Of a stretch of DNA of 20,000 nucleotides, positions 1 to 11,789 are shown piece by piece. The position numbers were made by a program, and so were the translations under genes. The notes under the pieces are model-generated. The model searched no databases. It was not told where the DNA came from and was given only the letters and a program-made list of their open reading frames with translations. Each line of letters opens with the position of its first letter. Within the stretch, counting starts at the first letter, position 1. Source of the DNA: an uncultured virus (IMG/VR IMGVR_UViG_3300026549_000072) (lineage: Duplodnaviria > Heunggongvirae > Uroviricota > Caudoviricetes); the IMG/VR virus record IMGVR_UViG_3300026549_000072; one strand, 5' to 3'.

Positions 1-828
1 GATAGAATTCCGATGTCTACATCTGGAACGATGTACAATGTACCACATACATCGAGCGGAAATACTGTAAGTGCCACACTCTCCTATCCTTTTTCTGGAT
101 TTAGTGATTCAAACGATTACTTAATTCGTGCCCAGGGTAAGACTCAGAACGGTATTAGTGTTGATACTGGTTATGTTGGTATCACTTCGAACTATTCAAC
201 GAAGTCAATCTTTGCCGTACTACAGGCGGATAATGTTCCGACTGAAGGTAAGATATATGTACATTCCAATATCGTTTCTTCGGTGTGTAAAGTTTATAAC
301 CCTGACGGTAAAGAAATACCTGAGTCACAACTTGGTTCGCATGGGCTTTTATATTTAAGCGATTACACAAACCCATCTGATAATACTAGAGTGAATGGTA
401 ATCACGCTCTTATTCTCCCAGAAGGTTATTATATGGAAATTGACGATGGTTTCTCGCTCGGCGGTGATTTCTCAATGTCATTGATTTTTATTAATCCAGA
501 GCCGAACAAACCATTAGTTACATTTGTGAACGTTAACAGCAATTATAATACCTATCTTTATTATCGTGTTGGGAAATTTAAGAGTGACTGGGCTGATAGT
601 CCGACTGGAGAGCAAGCCTGTTTTGAATTGATTGTTGACGGCAAGCTTAGAGATATATATGTAAGCGACGTATTTAATCGTGTTGGCGAAGATGAACGTG
701 TAGGTGTTGTAATCATCAGAGAGGACAATCGCTTCCATTTAGTTTCGAAGACTGGATTCAGGTTAACCAATGTGGCAGTCGATCCTGTTGAATCTTATGC
801 TACATCCGAAAAGGAGAACATTGGATAA
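1..828 (+). CDS. Phage tail/baseplate structural protein, 5'-truncated by the window edge
   Basis: Frame is open from base 1 (GAT AGA ATT CCG ATG...), so the true start is probably upstream. Ends TAA at 826-828, overlapping the next ATG (TAATG). Beta-rich, with a fibronectin-like stretch (DYLIRAQGKTQNGISVDTGY). No in-frame TAG. Function inferred from context. Confidence 0.7.
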   Translation, partial: DRIPMSTSGTMYNVPHTSSGNTVSATLSYPFSGFSDSNDYLIRAQGKTQNGISVDTGYVGITSNYSTKSIFAVLQADNVPTEGKIYVHSNIVSSVCKVYNPDGKEIPESQLGSHGLLYLSDYTNPSDNTRVNGNHALILPEGYYMEIDDGFSLGGDFSMSLIFINPEPNKPLVTFVNVNSNYNTYLYYRVGKFKSDWADSPTGEQACFELIVDGKLRDIYVSDVFNRVGEDERVGVVIIREDNRFHLVSKTGFRLTNVAVDPVESYATSEKENIG

Positions 829-1766
829 TGTTTTTAGGAACATTGCTGTGTAGTGGTGCTCCGAAGTACTAGATGTATAGCGGTTTAAATGAAACCGCAA
901 CATACGAAACGCTCAAGTATCAAAGCACAACAATAGATGACATCTACGCATCGGCACACATACTACACGATTTTGATTGGGTACTCCCGAATAACTGGGA
1001 TTACCATATTGTATTACATGCTATGTTCACCAACGGAGATATGAACGCAGGTAACGCCATATTCCGTGATGCAACAAAGATTATGTTAAAGAAACGTATT
1101 AAAGGAACTTTCGACTGGAAGACAATTTACATTCGTGACATTAGCACAGAGATACAGAACAGTCTTCAAGCGTTGAATATAGAGTACGATGATTATCTGG
1201 AACCAAATAAGAAAGATATTGAATACGCATATACTGCCATTATTGGCGGCAAAGAAACTGACCCAGTGCTCGCTGACACATCTTCATTCTTCTATTGCTA
1301 TTATCTTGTTGGACAGTATCAGGATGGTGGTGAACAGCCGCATTATCCTTGTATGTTTAATATATCTCATCAGTTATCTCTACATCGTCCGTCCGCCACT
1401 GTAATATCACCAGGTTCAAAGTACCCATATGTTGTTAATAATGGTTCAACAAAATATTATGGTGGAAACTTTAGTGTGACGTTTATGCCGCATGATGACG
1501 AGATGCTACCAATACCAGAGCACGGTGCTACTCTTCGGAACACGATTGATGAATTTTTAACAGATGGTTACCCGAAGATTCTCAAAACTTATGATGGCGA
1601 TATTTATATGGCTGCTATTACTGGTGATATCTCTAGAAATAATGGACAACACTATCAGAATATCGGTCAGTCATGGGAGTGGGTAGAGGTTGGCGATCCA
1701 AACGACTGTGGTGACTTATATGATTATGGGTTTATAAATACTGATATAGGTCGAAGCGGAGGTTAA
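828..1766 (+). CDS. Phage tail protein (possibly distal-tail/Dit-like), 312 aa with 1 TAG read as sense
   Basis: AAGGAG at 811-816; ATG 828 overlaps the upstream TAA. MFLGTLLCSGAPKY[TAG 870-872]MYSG... joins the 873..1766 ORF in frame. C-terminal motifs (KYPYVVNNG..Y.GG, FLTDG.PKILK.YDG, WEWVEVGD) resemble tail proteins of large Firmicutes phages. Ends TAA. Confidence 0.7.
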
Positions 1767-1768
1767 CC

Positions 1769-3430
1769 ATGCCGTACATTCCAAGTCAAGATGAAATAAG
1801 CGCAATCAAACAAAACGTAAAAGATGTCTATGTTAAGGTCGAGCTTCTGACTGAGAATATGACAATTATTGATTCTTTAACTGGTAATTTGGTAAGCGAT
1901 AGTTTTAGTTCTGATTCAAACTCTATTCAACGTAGAAACTATACATGCAATCTTGTTGTGAGTGACCATGCACGTAAGATTAATAAGAGTACGATCCTAT
2001 CCGAATATCTTGTTGGCAAAGATAACAAGATTTGGATTGATAAATATATTCGAGTCTATTACGGAATTTTTTCGTACCGAGCCAAAGAAATAATTTGGTG
2101 GAGAATTGGAACCTTCACATATGTTTCTGCGAATTATACTTTTGGTGCAACTGAATGTAATCTTTCGCTGACATGTGCTGATAAGATGTGTGACTATGAT
2201 GGTACAAAAAATGGATTGATTCATCAGACAAAGTACGATGATATTACAGGTGAAAGTGCCGCCGGGTTTAAAATCCCAGCGGTTGCTCAATACGAGACGG
2301 ATTCAAGTGGCAATGTGTTAAAAGACTCTAACGGTAATCGTATTGTTAAATCATATAACAAGATTCGTGACTCTGTAATTGCGCTACTAAATCTTGCAGG
2401 TATTACTGACTACGAGGTTGGATATTATCCTGCCGGAAGAGATATTGTGCCTTATGACTTGGAGTTTAGTGGCGAGGTTGTTTATACCACGGTATGGAAT
2501 GCGCTTAGAGATTTATACCCAAGCTGGGAATATTTCTTCGATGTTGATGGTCGTTTTATATGGCGTAAAATCCCAACGGGTAAAAACGAATCCGTTGCTA
2601 TTAATGATGAAATCATCGATGATATATATGTAACAGAAAGTACAAGTAGCAGTTTTGCAGGTATATATAATTGTACTGAAGTATGGGGAAAGACATTCAC
2701 CCTGACAAATGAAGACCGCTATGCAAATACTTCTACATATAATGCATCGTCAAATACATATACTATTACCATCCCGTTAATTAAGAAAAATGGTGTTACC
2801 ACAGGGAATACTTCTCCACTATCATATTTCTGTCAGGGCGACAAGATAGCTTTTAGGGTGTTTAACACGAATACCTCGGCCTCTCCAAAACTTATCATTA
2901 AAGGAACAGACGGCACAACTATAAGTGCTCTGCCAATTGTTGATAGTGCTGGTGATGCTTTGGGAGCTAGGGTTCTCCCGACATCTTCTACTGGTAAAAT
3001 TTGTGTCTTTACTTATCGTCAAAACATTAAAGCGAATTTGAATGTTCAAGGTGTGTATCTTAATGGGCAGACCCAAGCGTATGGATATTACGAAGAGACA
3101 AACCCTGATTGTCCATTCTCAACGGCTAATATAAAGAAGAATGTAAAACGAATCATCAAAGAGACATTGTTCTCAGATGACCTTTGTTATAATCAGGCTG
3201 AATATGAAACATATAAGACATGCGCTATGAAAGATACTATTACTCTTACTATGTTGATTGTCCCCTGGCTTGAGGTAAATCAAAAGGTGTCTTTCACATC
3301 AAAACTAACTGGCGTAACTGAGCAATATATGATTTCGAATATATCATGGTCAACACTTGATGGTACGATGACTATGAGTATGTATAAATTCCTCGAAGAC
3401 TTTGAGTATGTCAAGAATCAAGGGAGTTAA
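1769..3430 (+). CDS. Phage tail/baseplate hub-like protein (possibly DUF5048-like), 553 aa
   Basis: GGAGGT at 1758-1763; intact ORF ending TAA; no TAG. Motifs typical of hub/Tal-like proteins: LSLTCADKM, VPYDLEF, WEYFFDVDGRFIW, IVPWLEVNQKV, YMISNISW. Family assignment is from memory of motifs. Confidence 0.7.
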   Translation: MPYIPSQDEISAIKQNVKDVYVKVELLTENMTIIDSLTGNLVSDSFSSDSNSIQRRNYTCNLVVSDHARKINKSTILSEYLVGKDNKIWIDKYIRVYYGIFSYRAKEIIWWRIGTFTYVSANYTFGATECNLSLTCADKMCDYDGTKNGLIHQTKYDDITGESAAGFKIPAVAQYETDSSGNVLKDSNGNRIVKSYNKIRDSVIALLNLAGITDYEVGYYPAGRDIVPYDLEFSGEVVYTTVWNALRDLYPSWEYFFDVDGRFIWRKIPTGKNESVAINDEIIDDIYVTESTSSSFAGIYNCTEVWGKTFTLTNEDRYANTSTYNASSNTYTITIPLIKKNGVTTGNTSPLSYFCQGDKIAFRVFNTNTSASPKLIIKGTDGTTISALPIVDSAGDALGARVLPTSSTGKICVFTYRQNIKANLNVQGVYLNGQTQAYGYYEETNPDCPFSTANIKKNVKRIIKETLFSDDLCYNQAEYETYKTCAMKDTITLTMLIVPWLEVNQKVSFTSKLTGVTEQYMISNISWSTLDGTMTMSMYKFLEDFEYVKNQGS

Positions 3431-3437
3431 TTTATAA

Positions 3438-4091
3438 ATGGCAAAAATGTATGAAGACCTAGCTCACACCCTCTTCCCAGAGGCTACTGATGATGAAGCA
3501 GGTCATCCGTTAATGAATGACGTAACGTAGAGTCCGACGCTTCTTCAAGCAGCGAACCAATACAATACGGCAATCATGTCAAACAATAATGTGACAGCAA
3601 AATCAATTCTTGATAATAACGAGGAATTGGCGAACTGTCTATTCAACGCAGACAAATATAACTGGATGCGTGATGCGATTATTGCAATGGAGCGATATTA
3701 TATCAACGATGTCTAGACGATGATTGAGGATGTAGCAGCTCGTACTGTTGGATTTGACGATACAAATTCACAGGAAAGCCCTAATACTAATGGGTATTCT
3801 ATTACAAAGATTACTGCGATGGTGGATGGAACCTCAACCAATGTGACATTGCAACCAGGGACATGGCAAGGTGGTGCCGCTCCTTTTACATATGAAATTA
3901 GTAATGCAGATATCACAGCGACAAACAATGTAGATGTAAGTCTTGCCACGAGTGCGACTCTTGACCAAGCTAAAGTATGGGCTAAGGCTATGGTCATGAA
4001 TGCAACTCAGGCGGCTGGCAAGATTACGCTTAAAGCCTATGGTAAGAAGCCTGGGGCTAATATTCCGATTGTTGTTACGGTACATAAATAA
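3438..4091 (+). CDS. Phage structural/baseplate-associated protein, 217 aa with 2 TAGs read as sense
   Basis: ATG 3438 after AGGGAG (3421-3426). MAKMYEDLAHTLFPE...; TAG at 3528 and 3714 are in frame with ORF 3720..4091; ends TAA. C-terminal module (VTLQPGTW...ITLKAYGKKPGANIPIVV) is common in phage tail proteins. Confidence 0.8.
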
Positions 4092-4099
4092 GGAGGTGA
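4090..4099 (+). promoter_or_regulatory. Strong Shine-Dalgarno site AAGGAGGTGA for the giant tail gene
   Basis: Near-perfect complement of the 16S rRNA 3' end, just upstream of GTG 4103. Under the standard code it would serve only a 50-codon peptide. Confidence 0.85.
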
Positions 4100-4102
4100 A
4101 AA

Positions 4103-7100
4103 GTGCCTATTTCATTTGGTGCGGGTTCAGATAGTCAGAACACATCCAGTGGTTCTTTGACTGCTGATTCCAATGAGACCTATACCAGGCTCTCTCAATA
4201 TAATAGTACATGGTATCCTGAGTACACAGATGAAAACACTTTCACTGTTACTTAGACAAAGAATGTCATAACGTCTCAGGATCATCCGAACTTAAGTCAG
4301 GAAACAAACAGTCAGTATATACCATTCGTAATGCCAAGATTCTATGATGGTATTGACCTGACTAACATGACTATTCAAATTCATTTTGTCAATGCTAATA
4401 ATGATGATTTCATTGCAAACCCAGTTAATGTTGAGGCCAGTGAGAATCATATAAGATTTGGATGGCTCGTTGATGAGCGTGCAACTGTAGCGGCTGGTAA
4501 GCTTCAGTTCGAAATCAAAATCTTTGGTGTGACATAGAATGGTTTAACATATATTTGGAGAACACGTCCGAACTCCGCTCTTGTTGTTGAGAAGTCTTTA
4601 GAGGGCAATGGATTTATCCAACCTGAGAACTATACAGATTGGTATACCACGTTTGAGATTGCAATGAATACCAAGGTTGCAGATGCTCAGGCGGCGGCGA
4701 ATACTGCCCTTGAAGCAGCGGCGGCGGCTGAAGAGTGGGCATCCTCTGTGGATGTTTATAGTAAGAGCGACATTGATGAAATGTTCGCAGAAACGAAGAG
4801 CTTATCTAATCTTGGTGCAGAATTTACAGGTGGTGCGCTCGTTTTATATGATAAGAGCAAGCTTAGAAGTGACCCTGATTTTGTTATCGCTTCTGTAGAT
4901 AACATTGATACTCTGAATAAACTTAGAGTTGTTTTTAATCGAGATGATAATACTGGAGACTCATCATTATCGTTTTATGATGATGAAAATTTATTAAGTA
5001 CTGTTGTGCTTGATTTTACGCCTAATGTTGAGTGGCAAACAGAGTTTGCTTCGGCTGTTGGGACACAGACAGATTCTAAGATTTAGGCATATAATACCAA
5101 TACGGTTCAACCAGCTCTATCTGCTATTAATAGTGACCTCACATCAATTCATAATAACATTGATAGTCTTCCGCAGACGCTTCAAAGTGATTATTATACA
5201 AAGGCCACTGTTGATCAGAAGATTGCTGATGCTATGGAAGACGCTGTTGATGAAAGTGAAATCAATTCTTTAATTTCTACTAATCCTACTGTTACAGGAA
5301 TTCAGAGTAGCATTCGTAGCATCACTGAAGATGTAAGTAATGCAACGTCTCGTGTTGACGATCTTGATGACGCAGTTGAGAATCTTCGCAATAACATTAC
5401 ATCTCATAATGTGTATGATATTGCGTATAATGATAAAACAAATGAGCTTTCATTATATGAGAATGCAGATCCGACTGATGAGTCTGCTATTCCAAAAACG
5501 AAAGTAATCATTAAAGGTGGTTCTGGCGGATAGTCTTCTGGTTCTACCCTTACCATTACAAGAATCACTCCTGATACTGTTATGGCTAAGAGTGATGTTG
5601 AATCTATTTTGATTCAGTATAATTTCACATCTGTAATGGCGGATGGTGATACCAACTCTATTACTGGTACTGCGGTATGGAAAGTTGGAAGCACAACTGT
5701 GGCGACGGAGACAAATCTTTCCCAGGGCGATAAGAGCTTTAATATAAGACCGTACCTTACTGTTGGAACAAACCTTGTCACTCTCTCATTTACAGATAGT
5801 GAAGGAAGCATCTCAACTAGAAGATGGACTGTTACACTGATTAATTTTAACATCACAAGTTCATTCAATGATGCGACCACATATGATACTGATATAGCGT
5901 TCAGATATACTCCGAATGGTAATATCTCAAAAGTCGTTCATTTTGTGCTTGATGGTGAAGAGATAGATACCGTAACAACAAACACGACTGCAAAACAGCT
6001 TACATATACGATTGCAAAACAATCTCATGGTGCTCATCTTCTTGATGTGTATATGACTGCTACGATTAATGATGTTCCTGTTGAAAGTAATCACATATAT
6101 AAGGATATCATTTTCGTAGATGAGGCCAATACCACCCCGATTGTTGCAACCGCCGTTAGAAGTATTAGCGCAAAGCAGTATGACACCACAGCGATTTAGT
6201 ATATTGTTTATGATCCGCTTCATAACCCAGCGACAGTAGAACTAATTGTTGACGATGATGTTATTTCTACGCTTTAGGTTGATAGGACATCTCAGCTTTG
6301 GAGTTATAAGACGGGTTCTGTCGGAGAGCATACGTTAAAGATTCGTTGCGGTGAAACGTTCGTTAGTATTAGTGCGACCATCGAAGATATTGGTATTGAT
6401 GTTGTACCGATTACCGACAATCTCATGTTTGACTTTAATCCATCTGGTATGTCAAATGCAAATACTAATCGTATTTGGACAGACGGAACATATCATATGA
6501 CAGTCAGTGAGAATTTTGACTGGGCTAATGGTGGATACCAGGTTGACTCAGATGGCGATACATATTTCTGCGTCAAAGCAGGAACGACTGCAAGTTTTGA
6601 TGTTCCTCTGTTTGGCGATGAGGCTAAGACATCTGGTAAAAACTTTAAGTTTGTTTATCGCACAAACAATGTCAGAGACTATGATGCTCATGTATTGAGA
6701 TGTATGTCTGGTGGTATTGGTCTTGAGATGAATGCACAGAATGCAATCCTTCATTCTCAACAGAACTCTATCGAGGCTCCATATTGTGAAGACAATTTCA
6801 TGGAGTTTGAATTCAATATTTTGCCATCAACTCATTATAGAGAGATGGTTCTTTGGATTGATGCAATTCCGACAAGAGTTAAACTCTATGAAACAACTGA
6901 TAGCTTCACACAGATTCCTACTGTCCCGATTACAATTGGTTCTGATGATTGTGATGTCTGGGTTTATAGGATGAAGTCTTACTCTGTGTATCTTGAGGAA
7001 GATGAGATTCTTACGAACTTCATTGCTGATGCTAAGAATGCAGAAGAAATGATAAACCGCTACAACAGGAATAATATCCTGAACGATGCCGGTGAGCTTG

Positions 7101-10100
7101 ATCCAGACCTACTTGCAGAGAGATGCCCAGACCTTAGAATTATTAAACTCTCCGCTCCGTATTTTACAAACGACAAGTATAACAAGGTGTCTAACACTAC
7201 CGTCCAACATATCTACAAGAATGGTCGTGCTGTTGAGGATAACTGGACTGCAACTGGTGGTGTTCATAAAGGACAAGGTACGTCATCTAACTATTACGGC
7301 GATTCTGCTCGTAATATTGATATAGATTTCCGCAAAGCATTTAATGAAGAAGCTGGTACTGGATTTAGATATGGAGACAACACACTTCATGCTAAGTATG
7401 CTATGACGCCAAATTCCGTCGAGGAAGCATACTTTAATATAAAGCTAAATGTTGCATCTTCTGAAAACGCAAACAATGCTGTCATTGCCGATGACTATAA
7501 TACATTCAATCCGTATGTCAGACCAGCTCGTGCTGAGAATCCAAAAGTAAGAGATACAATGGAGTTCCATCCATGCGTAGTCTTTATTCAGGAAAGTGAC
7601 CCAGACCTTTCTACTCACAGAGAGTTCCAGGACAACAACTGGCACTTCTATGGTTGCGGTGACTTTGGTAACTCCAAGAAGAATAATGGCGCTATGGGTA
7701 TGACTGATGATCCGAATGAGTTCATCATGGAAATCAGCAATAATATCAATGCTCAGTGCAGGTGGTTATCTGATGACCTATCCACAGAAACATGGGGATT
7801 AAACGACCAAAAGGCTGTATCGTTTGAGTTTAGATATATCAAAGACGAAGATGATTCAGAGATGATTGCAAACGCTCAGGCTGTGTGGCAAGCAAATCTC
7901 ACATGGGTTGTCAATCAATACAAAGCTGATGTTATTGGACAGCTTGCGACTCTTGATGCGGCAATTGAATAGGCAGAAACTCCAGAAGCTATTACTGCCG
8001 CTACTGAAGCAAGAGATAGTTATATATCTAACTTCAAGTCCGAGTTTGAACAGCGCTTCCAAGCAAATAACCTTTGCTATACATATTTGTTTACTGAGCG
8101 CCACATGATGATTGATAACCGTGCCAAGAATACATTCTGGCATTATGACCCGACAACTGAGCTTCTTAGCTGTACGTTTGACTATGACAATGACACAGCT
8201 GAAGGTAACGATAATGAGGGTGGTTTGACTCTTCGTTATGGCCTTGAAGATACTGATACTATTGGTCAGAAGGATGTTTATAATGCGGCTGATTCTTATA
8301 TCTGGAAGCTTGTAAAGAACTTCTACCGTGTCGATCTTGCAACGATGTACCGCACTCTCGAAAACAATGGTGCATGGTCTGCCACAAGATTCCTTAATAA
8401 GATTGAGAGCTATCAGAACGTTAAGCCTGAGAGACTTTGGATTTATGATATGCAGAGAAAGTACTTCCGTCCTTACGAGGAAGGTGGCATAACTGAGGAA
8501 ACTGACAGCAAGCCGAGTACAACCGCATATCTTGAGATGATGCATGGTTCAAAGAAACATCAGCGCAGACAGTTTGAGAAATACCAAGAGAAGTATATTG
8601 CTTCTAAGTATATTGGCGTTGCTGTAACTTCAGATGTGCTAACGCTTAGAACATATACGCCTGAAGTATGGTCTGGTGTTGCGCCGTCAACCACATTCCA
8701 TATTACTCCATATGCTGATACATATATTGTCGTAAGCTATGGTGGAACTCAGGTTCAAAAGCGTGCTGTACGTGGACAGGAATATACTATTAGTGCACCT
8801 CCTGGAACGAGAGTTAACGATACTGAAACATATTGCTATAACGCTTCTATGCTTTAGAGCCTTGGTGACCTTTCAGCTTTCTATCCAGGCTATGTTAACC
8901 TTGCTGGTGGTGTCAAACTTAGAGACCTTTTGATTGGTTCTGATGAGACTGGGTATTCCAATACAAACTTTACCGCTGTATCTGTTTCAACAAATCCATT
9001 GCTTGAAAAGCTGAATCTACAGAATCTTCCGAACCTTGCGATGTCTGTTAACGTTGAAACATGTGTCAACATGACGGAGCTTCTTGCTGATGGTTCTGCT
9101 ATTACTGGTATCGTTCTTCCGACTGGTGGTAAGATTAACACCGTTCACCTTCCTGCAACGATTACTTCATTTACAGCTAAGGGATTGAACTACCTTACTA
9201 GCCTAACGATTGATGGTTATAGTAACATTGCAACCATCTCAATCGACAACTCTCCTTCTATTGATTCGTATGCTATGTTTATGGCATGTAATAATCTGAG
9301 GGTTGCAAGATTGATTGGTATTGATTGGAACATCACAGACGATACCGAACTTGAGCGGTTATATAACTTAAGTGGTCTTGATGAGAATCACAATAGTACA
9401 TCTAGAGCTGTAGTCTCTGGTACTGTTCACATTACCACGACTCGTGAGCGTAACCTTGCGAAATACACTGAGGCATGGCCGAACCTTACAATCACTTATG
9501 ATAATATGATTCGTCAGTTTTCTGTCGCATTTTATAATGCTGAGGATGCAAGTGGTACAAGTGCTCTACTTGATATTCAGTATGTCGATGTGAATAATTA
9601 CCCAGAAGACCCAGTTACTCGTGATGTTAATCCAGTGACTCCTACGCTCGACCCTACTATCAGTACTGTTTACACTTATGAGGGTTGGGATCGTGAAATC
9701 TCCGCTGTTACTGGTAACCAGATTTACACCGCAGTTTACTCTGAATCTCCGAGAACTTATACTGTGACTTATACAAATGGTCATGGTACTGTTCTTCAGA
9801 GAACGACTAACTGTCCGTTCGGTGCTTATGTACCTTATATAGGAATAAGCGGTACATACTCTGAGAACATGTCTGTTCCTACAACTGGAACTGGTTATAC
9901 TGCGCTTGCTGAGTCAAAGCAAGCTATTATACCGACATACACCACTGGCGAAGCGGCGAACAGTTATTATCTGTTTACTGGTTGGGATCAGTCTGGATAT
10001 GTCAGCGGATATACGAATGCTGAGCAAACAACGATTGGCGACAAGACTATTAACGCTTTGTATGATACATTTGCATACACTTCAAGCGGTAGTACTAATT

Positions 10101-11437
10101 CATTTACAGATGAAACAGGTAAGTATAAGTCACTGAGCACTCTTACTCCTGTCGAAATTTATGCAATGAAGAAGCTTGAGGCTAAGTATGCTGTAAATGT
10201 AAATGACGGCGATGACGATGATAGTGATGACTTTATTGCTATCGGAGACGAAATTGCAATAACTCTTGGTAACGATATTAACTTCTCTGATGTTGAAAGC
10301 CATGAGTTTGTTACACTTTCTCAGCCGTTTACTATGAATGGTAGAAACACAAAGATTGATACTGCATCTATCGGTAGTCATTTACCATACGCAAAACTTC
10401 TTGCGGAAGACAGAGATTTTGTATTCGCATTTGAATACTATCTGAACTCTTCGAGTAATTCTGGATCTGTTTTGATGCAGTGCTTCGATGACTTTACCAA
10501 AACCGGATTGCAGATTAGTACTACTGGAATTAACTGGTTTGGCACATCTGTCAACGCTGTGAATGTTAACACTAGAGATATTATTGTCTTACGTCACAGA
10601 AAGGGCGATAAGAAGCTTTATGTGTATAGCGGAAATTTAAGCGGTTCTTCTGTGGCTTATACTGAGATTACGAATAGTACAACTGCTACGACCGTAGATA
10701 CAGACGTTGTATTTGGCTGTGCGAAATATGTTTCTTCTACGTCTACAACATATGATAGCTATGCTAATGGAACCATATATTGGGCAAAACTTTGGAATGC
10801 AGACCTTGGCGACGCTGTGTGTAGAGACCTTGCGGCTTGGACTCATGAGACGATGAATTTCAAAGTCGCAAAATATAAAGACTACTACACACCAGAAAGA
10901 AGTAAAGCCTTATTCACCTTCATCGCTGTAGAGCTTCTTCCATATAAGAAGGTGCTTGGTGCATATAATTGGCCTTCCGCATCTCTCAATGAGTATTTAC
11001 AAAAGAGATTGTATTTTGCTATGCCGATTGAATGGCAAGCGATTATGGCAGAAGTATTGCTTCCGTCCTGGGATGGTTATGTGACTACTACAAACCCAAG
11101 AGGCCAGACTGTTGTTTCAAAGTCTGAAACCATTACAAACTCAAACGCTTATATATTTATTCCATGTGCGGCAGAGGTTGATAGCACTGCTGGTAATGAT
11201 TTACTACTTTCAAGAGAGTGCAATAATGGTATGATTAAATTCATGTCGACTGCATCAAATCTTGTTGGTAGGTATGCAGATGGATATGGCGATAATTATT
11301 GGACGAGGTCTTGTAGCGCAAGCTATGCTGACTTCATAGGTACTGTAACTTATAACGACGATTCTGATACTGCATCTGTAAGCTATTGGGAAGGTTATTC
11401 CAACTCAAATGCTGTCAGAATTATGTTCTCGATTTAA
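4103..11437 (+). CDS. Giant multidomain tail/baseplate protein, 2444 aa with 8 TAGs read as sense (BppU-like N-terminus, Ig-like, LamG-like, CotH-kinase-like, LRR, InlB-B-like repeats, lectin-like, DUF6273-like C-terminus)
   Basis: GTG 4103 after the SD. ORFs 4331, 4664, 5234, 5582, 6425, 8087 and 8930 share one frame. The only stops between them are TAG at 4253, 4535, 5084, 5531, 6197, 6275, 7970 and 8855; I translated the gaps and found no TAA or TGA. Ends TAA 11435-11437, directly before a terminator. Confidence 0.88.
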
Positions 11438-11442
11438 TGTTT

Positions 11443-11467
11443 GGGGCGGCTTCGGTCGCCCCTTTTT
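11443..11467 (+). terminator. Rho-independent terminator
   Basis: GGGGCGGC-TTCG-GTCGCCCC-TTTTT: 8-bp stem with one G-U pair, cUUCGg tetraloop and a 5-T tail, beginning 5 nt after the TAA of the giant gene. Confidence 0.85.
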
Positions 11468-11477
11468 AGGAGTTTGA

Positions 11478-11789
11478 ATGTTTTATAAGATAACGAAAGA
11501 CGGACGTGTTATAGATGTCATCGATTAGATTGTGTATGTAAGATATGACAAACGGCACGATGACATACATATCTGCGAGCCAGAAAACGCAAATGCATTT
11601 CTCTCCTCTGATCGAAGAAGTTGTTGGAGGGTACGGTAGATGAAGCTCAGCGATAAGGTCTTTGACACTGTTGAGCTTAGCGAAATTACCGAACAGGAAT
11701 ATCTCCAACTTCGTGCGCTTAATATGAAAACGCCAGAGGAAATCATAGACGCATATACTCTCGCTCTTATTTCTGGAGGTGTAATATGA
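11478..11789 (+). CDS. Small tail-fibre-associated protein (XkdW-like position; possible fibre chaperone), 103 aa with 2 TAGs read as sense
   Basis: AGGAG 11468-11472, ATG 11478. MFYKITKDGRVIDVID[TAG 11526]IVYVRY...RVR[TAG 11637]MKLS...EITEQEYLQLRAL..KTPEEIIDAYTLALISGGVI, ending TGA. Missing from the standard-code ORF track. Lies upstream of an XkdX-like gene. Confidence 0.75.

Noticed and set aside
7856..8545. 229-aa minus-strand ORF and the other minus-strand ORFs in the track
   Set aside because: They are antisense shadows of well-supported plus-strand genes, with no recognisable motifs.
10205..10231. Asp-rich stretch DGDDDDSDD (GAY-rich microrepeat)
   Set aside because: A short low-complexity loop with mixed codons. 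There is no evidence for a phase-variable tract or a distinct function.
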